Shown here piece by piece: positions 34,773 to 46,300 of a stretch of DNA of 64,000 bases (positions are counted from its first letter, which is position 1; every line of letters begins with the position of its first letter). The position numbers and the translations under genes were made by a program. This DNA comes from Escherichia phage P479: sequence record MW269952.1. One strand, written 5' to 3'. The notes under the pieces were generated by a model that had not been told where the DNA came from, did not search any database, and saw only the letters and a list, made by a program, of their open reading frames with translations.

Positions 34773-35105
34773 ATGAATAAGCTGAATATTGTTAATGAAT
34801 TACGCGCTTGTGTGGAACCTACTCAAGAAGGTTGGGATGTTTGGTATCATGGCGCTTACCTTGGAACTATTGTCAAGGTCAAAGCTGGTCAGTATCTTAT
34901 CCATCGTCAGGATGATGCAGTAGCTCCATTTGGTGCACGCAAGAACTTCATGGCAGCGATTGGTGCCTTTGTTCCAGCAGCATATGAAGTATATAAAGCT
35001 GACTATAAAGAATACCAGGAATCACAACCAGTTATTCGCTCAATTGGTGTTAATAAAGCTCAACAGAAAAGTCTGTGGCAACGTGTTAAAGGTTGGTTCA
35101 AATGA
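34773..35105 (+). CDS. hypothetical protein (110 aa)
   Basis: ORF with RBS GAGAGG. Confidence 0.5.
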   Translation: MNKLNIVNELRACVEPTQEGWDVWYHGAYLGTIVKVKAGQYLIHRQDDAVAPFGARKNFMAAIGAFVPAAYEVYKADYKEYQESQPVIRSIGVNKAQQKSLWQRVKGWFK

Positions 35106-35590
35106 ATCCATTAAAAGGTAAAGAATTATCCTTTAAAGACCGTATGACCTTGTTGGATAAAGCTCTTTCTCGCGAGACTCCTGAAAGTCTCGCTGCTAAA
35201 TTACAGGCATATGGTGATTACACCGAATATACAGAAGAGGATGTTTTAGAAGAAGTCCCGGAAATCTGTTGGCAGATTGCTCATTGGAACAACAATGAAA
35301 AATATCAGCGCAGGATTGTGTGTGCAGCTAACCGCTTTAAGTTAAAAAATGGTGGGACTCTGGTTATTCCTGGCGCCAGACATTATTCCAAGGATATGGC
35401 AGAAGTGCTTGACCAGGTAAGTGATAAACTCGTGTCAGACCATGTTTGTGGTGATAATCAAGGATTTATTGACCAATACAGCAATTATTGGACCCGCGAA
35501 GAAGCAATGATTATTGCGACTTATGCAAATCAGGTGCACATTGAACGTGGCGGTAGTGAGAAAGAACTTTATTCAGAGGACCTTTACTAA
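35102..35590 (+). CDS. hypothetical protein (162 aa)
   Basis: In-frame ATG 35102 with ATGA coupling. Confidence 0.5.
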   Translation: MNPLKGKELSFKDRMTLLDKALSRETPESLAAKLQAYGDYTEYTEEDVLEEVPEICWQIAHWNNNEKYQRRIVCAANRFKLKNGGTLVIPGARHYSKDMAEVLDQVSDKLVSDHVCGDNQGFIDQYSNYWTREEAMIIATYANQVHIERGGSEKELYSEDLY

Positions 35591-35868
35591 TGAACCTTAA
35601 ACAACTCCAAATTGATGCGATTGAAAACCATATTAATCATATCAAACATCTGAATACCATGATGGAAGACAACTGGGGAACTTATGTCAACCAACCAGGT
35701 TGGGATGCCCTAGACCATGAATATATAAAGGATATTAGTGATAACACATATAGAGTTAGAGAAGGTCTGAAACCCTTCCTGCGTGATATGTATATTGCGA
35801 CTAATAAAGAAATTATTAGCTCTCTTGAATACCAATTAAGGAAATTACATGAACAACCTGGTAGCTAA
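35590..35868 (+). CDS. hypothetical protein (92 aa)
   Basis: ORF; same size as T4 Arn but similarity not assessed. Confidence 0.5.
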   Translation: MNLKQLQIDAIENHINHIKHLNTMMEDNWGTYVNQPGWDALDHEYIKDISDNTYRVREGLKPFLRDMYIATNKEIISSLEYQLRKLHEQPGS

Positions 35869-35967
35869 ACACGATTTCAATAAGGCGTCTGTCCATAAGG
35901 ATAAGAAGAAAAACTTTAAAGAATCTAATCGTAAACAGAAACATAAAGGTAAAGGCTATGATTACTA
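35848..35967 (+). CDS. small Lys-rich peptide (39 aa), doubtful
   Basis: Hand-translated ORF overlapping both neighbours. Confidence 0.2.
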
Positions 35968-36239
35968 AACTCCATACGTGCGAAGCAACTGAATTAGTTA
36001 TTCTCATTGATGAACTTTTTAAAATTCATGCTGCTGTCGGCGACGAAATCTATGCAGAAATTCTTTGTGATTTGGATAGTAGTTTTGGCTATATCCAACC
36101 AGAATACACAATTCGGTTTTCTTGTGAACGTCCAGGTTATGCTAAAGTAACTTTCGGGTCCGGTTTAGATGAAGAACAAGTCTTAAGTGAAATCCAGGAA
36201 GAAATTGATGATTTTGGTTTAGAAGATTATATTGATTGA
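35958..36239 (+). CDS. hypothetical acidic protein (93 aa)
   Basis: ORF. Confidence 0.5.
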   Translation: MITKLHTCEATELVILIDELFKIHAAVGDEIYAEILCDLDSSFGYIQPEYTIRFSCERPGYAKVTFGSGLDEEQVLSEIQEEIDDFGLEDYID

Positions 36240-36249
36240 GGAGTAAGCT

Positions 36250-36414
36250 ATGAGTCATAACTTAGAGAACACCATCACTGGGCAACGCACACGCGAGCAG
36301 GCTTGCTTTGAGGAATTCCTTGGAGCTGATTTTAAGTTCCAGGAACCAGTTGAACAGATGTATCAGGAATATGTTGTACAGATGAAAAATCATGTGTACA
36401 ACCCAGAGGAATAA
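36250..36414 (+). CDS. hypothetical protein (54 aa)
   Basis: RBS TGAGGAGTAAGCTATG; hand-translated. Confidence 0.4.
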   Translation: MSHNLENTITGQRTREQACFEEFLGADFKFQEPVEQMYQEYVVQMKNHVYNPEE

Positions 36415-36472
36415 TAGTACAATATCCTTACTGAATAATTGAATGTCTTATTGAATACTTGAGTAAATTAAA

Positions 36473-36748
36473 ATGACTAAATTTGAAATCGTTTCTGAAA
36501 TTGTTACTGTAACTTCAATTTTGATTAAAACCGACCGGGAAGATATTACGATGAAGCGTGATGTGTTTATCGCGTTTTTGAATGAGTTGGGATTGCGGAA
36601 TGAGAATGGGAATGAGTTAAACAATGTATCGTTTAACAAGTTGTTTAAAAGTTTATCCGAAGATGAAATTGAACAAATCATTGAACAATTTAACGAAGGA
36701 TTCGAAGATATACACCGTTATCTTATGATGTATACCTCCGGATTCTAA
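36473..36748 (+). CDS. asiA: AsiA anti-sigma70 factor
   Basis: 91 aa; VTVTSILIK, FIAFLNE, FNEGFE, RYLMMYT match T4 AsiA. Confidence 0.85.
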   Translation: MTKFEIVSEIVTVTSILIKTDREDITMKRDVFIAFLNELGLRNENGNELNNVSFNKLFKSLSEDEIEQIIEQFNEGFEDIHRYLMMYTSGF

Positions 36749-37398
36749 CGTGTACGCCCAAGCGTACGACCTGCTTGTCCACACATAGCAGAAAGCCTAT
36801 CAAAACCAAGGTTAGGTTTTTGCTTATACCAGTACAGTGAGACTGTACCTGCATAAACGTTTTCCAAATTAAAGAATGGGCAGCTGAACATATATGCGAA
36901 GCTGCTTTTTTTCTTTGTTGGTAAGAATACAGATTCCGTACTGGATTCAAAATAATTACCATTAACCCCCGCCAAATATTCCGCCGAAGTCTTATCTATT
37001 GGAAACCCACCTAAATTTTTTTCGTCGACTGTATCAGGCAATATCCCCTCGTATCCCACCATATCCACAAAGTAGTTAAGGTTAGTTGGTCTAAAAGAAT
37101 ATATTGCTGTAAAGTCTGCCCCACTTGACGAGTGGACTATCTGGATTTGCTCGATAGCTGCAATTTTAAATCTGTTATCCTGGTCTTGCCTTATCATTTC
37201 AGTGTATGAGGCATATGAAGCATCCCTGTACGCATCTAAAATTGCATCACCTTTATACCAGATTACCGCCATTAAAAATAATAGAACAATAACTAGTACC
37301 CTGGAAAAAACAACTTTCCCGGTCGCATTATCTTTAAAAATTCTATCAAGAAGTCCAAAAAGTAGGTCGGGTATTGATATTCCTACTTTTGGTTCCAT
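36745..37398 (-). CDS. t: Holin T
   Basis: 217 aa; LLFGLLDRIFKDNATGKV, N-terminal TM, MCGQAGRTLGR match T4 gpt; late promoter upstream. Confidence 0.9.
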   Translation of the reverse strand: MEPKVGISIPDLLFGLLDRIFKDNATGKVVFSRVLVIVLLFLMAVIWYKGDAILDAYRDASYASYTEMIRQDQDNRFKIAAIEQIQIVHSSSGADFTAIYSFRPTNLNYFVDMVGYEGILPDTVDEKNLGGFPIDKTSAEYLAGVNGNYFESSTESVFLPTKKKSSFAYMFSCPFFNLENVYAGTVSLYWYKQKPNLGFDRLSAMCGQAGRTLGRTR

Positions 37399-37416
37399 AC
37401 TTTTCTCCTTTAAAGA

Positions 37417-37424
37417 TATTTATA
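37417..37424 (-). promoter_or_regulatory. late promoter TATAAATA (holin t)
   Basis: Minus strand TATAAATA ~19 nt upstream of t ATG, RBS GGAG between. Confidence 0.65.
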
Positions 37425-37439
37425 ATTTAATACTTCGTA

Positions 37440-38240
37440 TTATAACCAACGCCCGTAGATTGTACCTGTGGCACCCCATGAAGGAGAACTTCCTGCAACT
37501 GCTGCGCCAGAACCGCCACCGGCTCCAACTTTAAGAACCTTACCCCCATCCGACCATGCGTCTGCACCATTACCGCCAGCATCACCGCCCCGACCTGAGT
37601 GGGCGTTACCATAATCGTATCCACCGCCAGGGCTTTCATAAGAAGCACCGCCGCCGGAATACCCGCCACCGCCGCCAGGGCCAAATGGACGTCCACCACC
37701 ACCACCGATATCTTGCCAGTTGGCACCTGAGTGAGGACGATACGCAATGCCGCCGCCGCCGCCGCCACCGCCACAGATAACCCCATAGTTCCATATATGA
37801 AGTCTGCCACCAATATCGTTTACAATGCAGTCACCACCCCATTGACCGTTACCGTCGCCACCTGAATGGGTCCATCCGCCGTGGCCACCTCGACCCCACA
37901 TATGAACCCCACCATGAATATTCAAAGTAACATATTCGTTAGGTGTGTCGGCCTTCATAAAGAACAATGGAACATCACGGGTATAAGATACCAAATCACC
38001 TGTGATATTAAACACAATAGGCGCACTACCGGCTTCAAAGCAACGGTCGCGGAACCATTGGCCGTTAAAGTTATGGTCTGCTCCAAGTGTATGAATAATT
38101 TCTCTTGAGCGACCTGCAAATTGACTCATCCAGCAAGGAACACCTAATCTTAATTGACCAGCTGCTTGACTCATCCAGCGCTGGCCCGTTTCATTTACGG
38201 CTGAACTTCCAATCCAGCCAGGAACACCAACTACTGCCAT
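37440..38240 (-). CDS. 38: gp38 receptor-binding adhesin (T2-type, glycine-rich motifs)
   Basis: 266 aa with poly-Gly tracts between variable segments; directly downstream of gp37. Confidence 0.8.
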   Translation of the reverse strand: MAVVGVPGWIGSSAVNETGQRWMSQAAGQLRLGVPCWMSQFAGRSREIIHTLGADHNFNGQWFRDRCFEAGSAPIVFNITGDLVSYTRDVPLFFMKADTPNEYVTLNIHGGVHMWGRGGHGGWTHSGGDGNGQWGGDCIVNDIGGRLHIWNYGVICGGGGGGGGIAYRPHSGANWQDIGGGGGRPFGPGGGGGYSGGGASYESPGGGYDYGNAHSGRGGDAGGNGADAWSDGGKVLKVGAGGGSGAAVAGSSPSWGATGTIYGRWL

Positions 38241-38254
38241 AATTTATCTCCAAA

Positions 38255-38267
38255 GGGGCAAAGCCCC
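38255..38267 (-). other. stem-loop between genes 37 and 38
   Basis: GGGGC-TTT-GCCCC then TTTGGAG RBS of gene 38. Confidence 0.4.
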
Positions 38268-38273
38268 TTGTTG

Positions 38274-41200
38274 TTAGAATTTAAAATAATTACTAATTTT
38301 GCGAGCAATTTTAGTGAAGAAAGGCGTTTTTAATTCTTTAATTTCTTCACTCATTTCCTGAATAGCCTTAATTAAAAGAGCATTCACAGCAGAGTTAGAA
38401 ATTGTTAAAATCTCTTCTGGGTTATCAAGAGATCCGACATTAGAAGTGCTAACAGCGTCCGGTAATACTTCTTGCAAATCCTGTGCGATAATACCAATCT
38501 CATGGCCGATAACTTCGCGGTCAGAAAGAGATTTAACTTTATCATAGGTTTTAACTTTGAGTTTATTTACCTTATCCACCGCATTCTCTTCGTAGTCTTC
38601 AACATTAATTTTCAAACGACGGTCAGAACGAATATAAACGTCGTTACAATATACAGAAGCACTAGATGTGAAATCACCATTTGCAGACCATTCGTACCAG
38701 CCGCCTTTGTTCATATGCATCATTACGGTAGCGTTACCACCGCCAGCATGAACACCCATTGACGCAAGATAATCAGCACCCCAATGAACTGCTTTCCAAA
38801 TTGAATATGCTTGGTTTTGTGAATCCTGACAGTCTACCAACAATCCAGCCGGGCGATCTCGCCAGTCTACCCATGCACCACCAGAAACTTCACCGCGAAT
38901 AAGCCCTTGATCTCCGGCAAAAGGAACACGCTCTCCCGCTTTAATCATTGCACCCTGGAAGTGATGACTAAATGAACCCCCATGATTATTTCGTATATGT
39001 AAAATACCCTCATCTGTAGCCCAGATAACAGCCTTTTCTGCATCGCTATCATCTTTAAACCAGATGTGGCGAGCGCCAGCAGAGTTTTTGATGGTTATTC
39101 CGGAAGGTCCATGCGCAGTAAAATTGCCAGCAACATCAAAATTCAAACTGTTATCTGTCCTGCGTTCCGTATAGAAGTGATAACCTTTGGAATCACTGAC
39201 TTCCATCACTGCCGCGCGACCAACTTCTGAATTTCCCCAATTATTAATAGAGAATCGTTCAGAGCTATTATTCATCTGATTTAGGTATAATGTACCATCA
39301 GTGAATGTTTCGCCAAAGAAACGAGTTTTAATTGCACCTGTCGCTAAAGTACGTTCAGTGGAAAAATGGGCGCCTTGACTATCTTCTAACTGGATGATGT
39401 TATCACGAGCGTTATTGCTATCACCCCAATGGTTAAATTTAAAATAATCTCGTGATCCTAAACGTCCGGCGTCAAAAGTCATCAAGCCTTTCATGTTAAT
39501 ATCACCGCCGACCAGAACGTTATCCGGGAAGTTAACTGTACCATCAGCATTAAATCTTGATGTATGGCCCTGTGTTCCATCTTCTTTGATATGGTGTATC
39601 ACGAATGTACCTGAATTAATTTCAGTACCTAAAGACCAAACTGCTTTACCTTGAAGGTATTTTTGCTTAACAATCGGATAATATTTGTTTACAGCATCAT
39701 CATCGATTTCCTGGAAAATAGGAGCTGCTTGAACATACTGAATATCATAACCACCAGCGCCTGCGCCATGACCAGTAAATTTAATATAGCCGTTTGCTGC
39801 GAACGTATTGTAACTTGATTGTAAATCTGGAATAGTAACTTTACCAGTATCTAAAGCTATACTAAACGGGCGAAGTGGACCGATATCGCCATGTTTACCT
39901 TCACCGTAAGCAGTTGGAATAATATGAAGACTTCCTTCTGAACGTCTAAAAATGACCCCGTAATCGTTGTTCCAGATGCGGAGCCCGTTAACAGCACTTG
40001 TAGTAATTTCACCAGCGGTGTGGACCGCTCTATCAACCAAAATATCTTTTTTAACAACAAGATTTTCGTTAATAGTTTGTTGCCCATTTAATACAGCCTC
40101 AATGGTATTATCTTTATTGCGCTGGATATAATGCATTGTGCCAGTGACATCAGATATTTCCATTATGTTTTTACGAGTACCATCTACTGTATTAAAGGTG
40201 TTACCCCACACAGAAAGCCTCATATCATCAACAGAACTTTGTCCTGATGTATTTCCTTTAAACACCAAAGAAGATGAACTAGCTTGTCCATCAATAGCAA
40301 TTAGTCCGCCGCGAACATCAAGATTGCCAGGAGTAACCAACAACCCGCCATGAGTGTTAACGTTTGTTACACCTTTGCCACGAAAATAATGGTGATATTT
40401 GCCGCTTTGGTGATAACCTAAAAGAGTTTGACCGTCGCCGAAGCCGTTTTTATCATTAGTAGTATTAACAATAACTAATGGGTAGTTTTGAGTTGTAGGA
40501 AGAATTAAATCAGAACCGTTGGTTGAATAACCCGCAACTAACTGTTTAAGGCTTGTAACTTCAGTTGGAGTTGTAAGTAAAGTATAAGCTCCATTATTAA
40601 TTGTATGGAACTGGCCGTCTTGTCTCCATTTCAGACCGGTGTCATTATCGCCTAAAGCAATAGAACCTTTACCTAAGGCAGAACCGACCATCGGCCCGGA
40701 TTCAATACCTACTGCAATAGAATGTCCTGCCTGTAAGCCGCCGGAATAAGAAAATGACAACATGTACTCTGTTGGGGTCGAACCCGAATACCAACTTATG
40801 CCATTATTTTCGCAAATTTCATGAAGTATTGCAGATGCCGGGTCGGTACGTACAACGCGCAAATAGTTTTTATCCGTGACAGAATTATTATTTGCTAATG
40901 AAGATATATCGTAATCGCCAATATTCTTACTGTCTGCATTAACAGTATTAGTATAAATTACTGGAGATTTTACCGATGTTCCGGCGGAAATAGACGGAGC
41001 ATAAAATAAACCGTCGCCGTTGAATGCAAAAATATTAGATGTTGAATTAGTGTAATCCTGAACACGAACGTTCAAGATTTGCTTGGTATCCCCAGCACGG
41101 TTTTGAGAATAAATTATACCTCTTTCGCGGGCATCAGCCAAATCCTGGAATCGAACATGCGCAGTACCATTAGCACGTACCAAAATCTCGCCCATATCCG

Positions 41201-41519
41201 TCATTAGGCGAGATTTTGCTGTGACATCACCAGTTGCTGTTATACTACCAGTAGTAGTAAAATGTCCAGACGTTTGTGAAATGGCTCCGGCTATAGTATA
41301 GGTACCGGTTTGGGTGTAATTTCCTTTATGGATAACGTTACCATCGATATTACCACCTTTAGCAAAGCCAAGGTCGATGATGGCGCCGGTGTCATCTTTA
41401 GTAAAAAGTAAGCGGTCTTTCAGGTTGATAGCCAGTTCACCTTCAGCAAGAACTGTTGGCGCCGGGCGAACGCCGGCAACCTTACTTCTTTTAAATTGTA
41501 TTTGTTTTAAAGTAGCCAT
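38274..41519 (-). CDS. 37: gp37 long tail fibre distal subunit
   Basis: 1081 aa; N-terminus MATLKQIQFKRSKVAGV; position after gp36. Confidence 0.88.
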   Translation of the reverse strand: MATLKQIQFKRSKVAGVRPAPTVLAEGELAINLKDRLLFTKDDTGAIIDLGFAKGGNIDGNVIHKGNYTQTGTYTIAGAISQTSGHFTTTGSITATGDVTAKSRLMTDMGEILVRANGTAHVRFQDLADARERGIIYSQNRAGDTKQILNVRVQDYTNSTSNIFAFNGDGLFYAPSISAGTSVKSPVIYTNTVNADSKNIGDYDISSLANNNSVTDKNYLRVVRTDPASAILHEICENNGISWYSGSTPTEYMLSFSYSGGLQAGHSIAVGIESGPMVGSALGKGSIALGDNDTGLKWRQDGQFHTINNGAYTLLTTPTEVTSLKQLVAGYSTNGSDLILPTTQNYPLVIVNTTNDKNGFGDGQTLLGYHQSGKYHHYFRGKGVTNVNTHGGLLVTPGNLDVRGGLIAIDGQASSSSLVFKGNTSGQSSVDDMRLSVWGNTFNTVDGTRKNIMEISDVTGTMHYIQRNKDNTIEAVLNGQQTINENLVVKKDILVDRAVHTAGEITTSAVNGLRIWNNDYGVIFRRSEGSLHIIPTAYGEGKHGDIGPLRPFSIALDTGKVTIPDLQSSYNTFAANGYIKFTGHGAGAGGYDIQYVQAAPIFQEIDDDAVNKYYPIVKQKYLQGKAVWSLGTEINSGTFVIHHIKEDGTQGHTSRFNADGTVNFPDNVLVGGDINMKGLMTFDAGRLGSRDYFKFNHWGDSNNARDNIIQLEDSQGAHFSTERTLATGAIKTRFFGETFTDGTLYLNQMNNSSERFSINNWGNSEVGRAAVMEVSDSKGYHFYTERRTDNSLNFDVAGNFTAHGPSGITIKNSAGARHIWFKDDSDAEKAVIWATDEGILHIRNNHGGSFSHHFQGAMIKAGERVPFAGDQGLIRGEVSGGAWVDWRDRPAGLLVDCQDSQNQAYSIWKAVHWGADYLASMGVHAGGGNATVMMHMNKGGWYEWSANGDFTSSASVYCNDVYIRSDRRLKINVEDYEENAVDKVNKLKVKTYDKVKSLSDREVIGHEIGIIAQDLQEVLPDAVSTSNVGSLDNPEEILTISNSAVNALLIKAIQEMSEEIKELKTPFFTKIARKISNYFKF

Positions 41520-41527
41520 AATGCCTC

Positions 41528-42175
41528 TTAATAATATCCAAAATCTTGTACGGAGTCTTTAAGAACGATTTGGTCAAAACGGGGCACGTGAGCCGGGTCT
41601 GATGCTGGGTTCCTAGAGAAGAAATTAGGTGCTGACAAGTTACCTGTCATTGTTTGCAATGTACTATTATTTAGTTCTACCTGTTGCTGGTTAGTTACAT
41701 TACCAAGACCAACTTGAGCTTTTGACGGAGTATTTCCTGGAGAAAATACACGACCTGTTTCATCATAAATTTGTCGAGCTAACGTATCACCCATAACAGT
41801 AAGACGTTTTGCTCCTGTCGTAGTGTCAGGGTCAAAAATAACGAATGGTGTTCCCGTTTCAGTCTCAAATCCAAACGGCCCTTTAATACGGAAAGATGCA
41901 GTAAATGGTGTGCCGCCCGTTCTCGCTCCCAACTTAATCCCGTAACCATTTGAATCGTTAAATGTCAAGCCTTGTTCGAAATATACGTTTGCTTTATAAT
42001 TACCACCAAGAGCTTTAGAAACGAAATCGTTATCGACTGCTTGTGGTTTGTTGTATTCGGAATAAATTTTATAAGTTTTGAAATATAAGTCATTACTGAC
42101 TGGTGTTAATGGGAAATTACCCTGGTGCCAGAGGACCGAACCTCCGGCTGTTGAGCCTAGTTTTAAATCTGCCAT
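41528..42175 (-). CDS. 36: gp36 long tail fibre hinge protein
   Basis: 215 aa (T4 gp36 ~221 aa); late promoter upstream. Confidence 0.8.
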   Translation of the reverse strand: MADLKLGSTAGGSVLWHQGNFPLTPVSNDLYFKTYKIYSEYNKPQAVDNDFVSKALGGNYKANVYFEQGLTFNDSNGYGIKLGARTGGTPFTASFRIKGPFGFETETGTPFVIFDPDTTTGAKRLTVMGDTLARQIYDETGRVFSPGNTPSKAQVGLGNVTNQQQVELNNSTLQTMTGNLSAPNFFSRNPASDPAHVPRFDQIVLKDSVQDFGYY

Positions 42176-42210
42176 TTATAAGTCCTCTTCAACCGGCATA
42201 TGATATTTTG

Positions 42211-42218
42211 TATTTATA
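42211..42218 (-). promoter_or_regulatory. late promoter TATAAATA (gene 36)
   Basis: Minus strand TATAAATA ~36 nt upstream of gp36 ATG. Confidence 0.65.
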
Positions 42219-42220
42219 AC

Positions 42221-42244
42221 GAAAAAAGGACTCCGAAGAGTCCT
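42221..42244 (-). terminator. intrinsic terminator on minus strand (after gene 35)
   Basis: Minus strand AGGACTC-TTCG-GAGTCCT then TTTTTT. Confidence 0.65.
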
Positions 42245-43373
42245 ATTGTTTTTCTCGTAGTTCGGCTGCGTATATCTTGCCGGCTCTCGGAGCTTGTGCA
42301 TCTGGTAATGTTACAATTGTATTACCTGTATTTGTTGCATCGTTTGCATATGACATCCTTATGCCGTTGACACCAAATTCAGCTGGTTTGAATGCCGAGT
42401 CACCTCTGGTTATCTCACCAATAACAATATTACGTATTGACCCAGTTCCCGCAGCTACAGTCCTTGATGTTACTACTGTAAAGCCATCGGCTCCCGCTGG
42501 AATCTCGACATATCTTTCGAAACTTGCCCATGCACCAGCTGGAACGTTTGCTGCAATATCGATGTTTGTATTTGATATCGGAGAAGTGCTAGGGCTTTTA
42601 AAGAATCGAACCGAAGTCCTTACAGTCCCGGCGGCTTTCAGTGCAGCGTCAAATGACATCTGAAACTTCAGGTAAAGCACATCCAAAGGTAAAAGGTTAT
42701 AGGTGCTCATAGGAGTCACCAGGTCCTCTGTGGGGAACCTTCTAATCGCGGTTGATGTTCCATCACCTGTTGATGAATACGTGTTCTCGTCTTCCGTTAT
42801 GCGCACAGGATAGCCTGTTGCTCCTATATCACTAAAGGTATCATAAATGACTTCAAGCGGAGTCGAAACATCCTCAACTAACTTCCCGTCATTATACTTA
42901 ACATGCTCCGAAACAATTACGTTCCGGCCGGTTATGTAAAAAGCCGAGTACGATGTATCAACTTTGTCAATCAGCCATTTATCTGGGAATGCCCTTGAAC
43001 CGCATTTACGGAACCAATCAATTAATGGCTGTGATGCGTTTAGTTTCCCTGAAGAAATAAAAGCAATCAATCTTCCGGCTGGAACAGATTCCACAAAGGT
43101 GATTAATGCCTGACTGATTGCATCATGTGTGCTAGTCAATGAATAGTTTTTCGTGTTAACAATTTTATTCGTAGTTGTATCAATTTCCAATAGAGTCAGA
43201 CCATTACCAAAAGTAGTTGGTCCAATTCGTTCATCCTGAAATTTGATATACGATTTCACCGTGGAAAGAGTACAGCTCCCTGCTATACTCATTTTAAATT
43301 TAACGGCATTATTTTCTGATATAACTGGCGTTTGGACGTATCCTTGTCCAAACTCTGCCATAAATTTTTCCAT
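42243..43373 (-). CDS. 35: gp35 long tail fibre hinge connector
   Basis: 376 aa (T4 gp35 372 aa); between 34 and 36. Confidence 0.8.
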   Translation of the reverse strand: MEKFMAEFGQGYVQTPVISENNAVKFKMSIAGSCTLSTVKSYIKFQDERIGPTTFGNGLTLLEIDTTTNKIVNTKNYSLTSTHDAISQALITFVESVPAGRLIAFISSGKLNASQPLIDWFRKCGSRAFPDKWLIDKVDTSYSAFYITGRNVIVSEHVKYNDGKLVEDVSTPLEVIYDTFSDIGATGYPVRITEDENTYSSTGDGTSTAIRRFPTEDLVTPMSTYNLLPLDVLYLKFQMSFDAALKAAGTVRTSVRFFKSPSTSPISNTNIDIAANVPAGAWASFERYVEIPAGADGFTVVTSRTVAAGTGSIRNIVIGEITRGDSAFKPAEFGVNGIRMSYANDATNTGNTIVTLPDAQAPRAGKIYAAELREKQ

Positions 43374-43381
43374 ATTACCTC

Positions 43382-46300
43382 TTATTCAATCCATTCGAAC
43401 TTAACGGATTTAGTGGTCGGGTCTGGGATGATACGCACGTTACCGATACGCAACCAATCGAGAATGGTTAAGTTCCCCATCGTTGTGTTGTCAGCCGGTA
43501 ATGCACCAACATCCTCTGCAGATGGAGGGTTATCCGCGGTGTAAACCATTGCGAAAGTCGTCCATGCAGATTTATTTTTCTGCCAGGTACGGGTATAACG
43601 AATAGTACCACCGTTCAATCCAGTTGGATAGCAAACCCAATCTTGATAGCACGAATCCAGCGTATTACCGAACTGAGTCAATGTACCAGGATATTTAATT
43701 TGTTTATCACGAACTGAATAGTCAAACCAGGTTCCGCGCAGTTTCTGACCAGAACTACTCAATACTTCGTCACCGAGCGAGCCGTCATCATTACGATAAC
43801 GAATAGCAGGCGAGGCGAAAGTTCCGTTTTCAGTTAACCAACCAGAAGCATTCCAAACTTCATCAGTTACCCCAGCAGGTTTAGTTTGAACTGTATCAAT
43901 GTTTACCTGACGTTTTAACTTCATTGTCCAGTAGCCAGGGAACTGGCTATAAGTCGGTTCATCATTGATATCGACAGACCAGAAGCCAACAGTATCTGCA
44001 GTCGGAGCTTGTGCGATAAGACTTGGTTTCGTACCGAATACACGGACCGGAGCATTCACACGGAGCACACCAGACATTGTATCACCGGCTTGGTTAACAA
44101 AGTTTCTATCTACAATCTCAACAGCGTTTTTCTCGGTCAGGACTTTAAATGCACCGCCACCGTTTGCTATGATATTACCAGCATCAAGAGTTTTAAGCAC
44201 TAAATTCTGCGAGTTATCACCCAGAGCCAGAGTTGCGCCAGAAGCTTCACCCGTCGTGGTTGCAATAGTACGACCATTTAGAACGTAATTATTTTTGGCT
44301 TGAACATCGTTACCGGCGCTGAGGTTGTTCAATACAGCAACATTACCCGAGGCGGTGTTTAATGTCAATACGTTAGTCGTATCGCCAATAGTCATTGTCG
44401 TTCCGGCGGAAGGAGCAGTGATTTTCCACTTGTTAGTTCCGTTAACAACATTCACAGTTCCGAACGTCGAAGTGCCAGCCGTTACATCAGTAAACACTGC
44501 AGTGCTCGTCGATACAACCGGAGCAGAGATATTTGTCTGTTTAGTAAGAGTTAACACACCTTCAACAGTCTGAGCAATATCACGACGAATAAACTGGGTC
44601 GAATCAAGGTTATCCAGTTTTTCAGCATTAACAGCCATCGCATTTATCGGTAAGAAGTTTTGCAATACGCGGTTTAATTCGTAAGGCGAAACCGCATATC
44701 CAGATTTTGCATAGCTAACCAGTTTACTTGGGTCCGGAGTATACACACCATTTGCATATGTAAATCCTGCACCAGTCGTTGTAGTTGCGGCCGAAGTAGC
44801 TGCACCAGAAGATAAACGAACAAATCCACGCAGTGTTTCAGATGCTTCCCAGGTTGTTTCCGTTTGTGCAATATATTTCAGCGCCGACGGACTGATGGCC
44901 AAGACTTTTGATGTGCCTGCTGTTGCTTCTGTGTTTGTCGCGATGCGAACAATACCTTCGGCATTTTCAGTGGCTTTTTTCGACATCAATTTAAGCGGAG
45001 TAACGATTGTTTTATCGTCAGTGCCGGTATTGACTTCACCCTGAGTTGCTAATCTTGCCGTACCACGCTGAGTCTCATTTGCTTCAAGAATATTCAGGCT
45101 ATAATGGTCCCAGAGCGTCCCTGTTTCTACTAAACCACTTAATGCATTAACAGAAGTACGAGCAGTATTATTAAATCTATTTTTAATTTTTAATGGGGTT
45201 GAGATACGAGTATCATCAGTTCCAGTATCAAATTCTGATTGCGTAGCAATCTCGGCTATGCCGGTTAACGTTTCTGATGCTTTACGGTCATTTAACGTTT
45301 TGGGAGTCACAGCTCTGGTATAATCGGTTCCTGCATCTGTTTCAACCTGGGTAGCAATCTCGATTAAACCGATACGGGAATCAAGAGCAGTTTTGCGATG
45401 TAACATTTCTGGAGTAACGACTGCGTTTGCCCATCCAGATTGAGAAGTACCAGCAATTACTTCACTTTCAACCGCAAGAATAACCGCGCCTTGCTGAGTG
45501 TAAGTAGCTTTGTACTGGTCAAGAGCTTTCGGGGAAACAACCAGATTAACCGTATTTTTATTATAAACGTTTGTACCATTTAATTCACGTGAAGCAGCAG
45601 GAGTTGTACCAGTCGTTGAAACGTAAGTTACAATACCAGATAGCGATTCTGAGCCCTGACGCGCTTGCAGTTTCTTTGGAGTGATAATTGTGGTATCATC
45701 TACACCTGCATCGGTTTCTTGCTGTGTGGCGAGTTCTGCGAGCCCACGTCTCGTTTCTGTTGCCGTACGTTCATTGAGTTTTTTCGGGGAAATAATTACA
45801 TCATCAACAAATGCAAAATCACTGTTCTGATTTACTTGAGCAGTCGTTGCGATTCTGGCAATGCCTCGTTGGTTCTCTTTAGCAACACGGTTGGCCAAAG
45901 TCTGAGGGGTAATTGCGAGTTCTTTCTCTGGGTTATTTTCATGGTCAACGTTTGCCTGAGTCTGGTTTGCCAGAGCAATAACACCAAGACGCGTACGCGT
46001 GGAATCATTTAATGAGTCAACCCGTTCAACAGTCGGAACGTTTTGAGCAACAACCCAATAACTTGTTCCAGACACTTCATCTTCTGCATATGACAATTCA
46101 ATAACTGGAGTATAACTGATATTACCATTAAAGGTCAATGAATCAACCATCACCCAAGTTGTATCCGGTGGATACTCGGAACGTTTAGGGAATTGCAGCA
46201 ATTTAATGTCAGATGCAATCTTATCACCAACAGCAGCTCTTATATTAACGGTCTGTGATTTACGGAGATAGTTCAGTGCAATCTTAACAATGTCGCCTTG

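Noticed and set aside
37427-37813. 128-aa minus-strand ORF and the 74-aa plus-strand ORF at 37556-37780, both rich in A/H/R
   Set aside because: Alternative frames of the glycine-rich gp38 gene (GGN codon runs give Ala/Pro/Arg-rich frames); artifacts.
38472-38762. 96-aa plus-strand ORF and other short ORFs inside the tail-fibre genes 34-37
   Set aside because: Embedded antisense within long, well-supported late genes; no independent signals.
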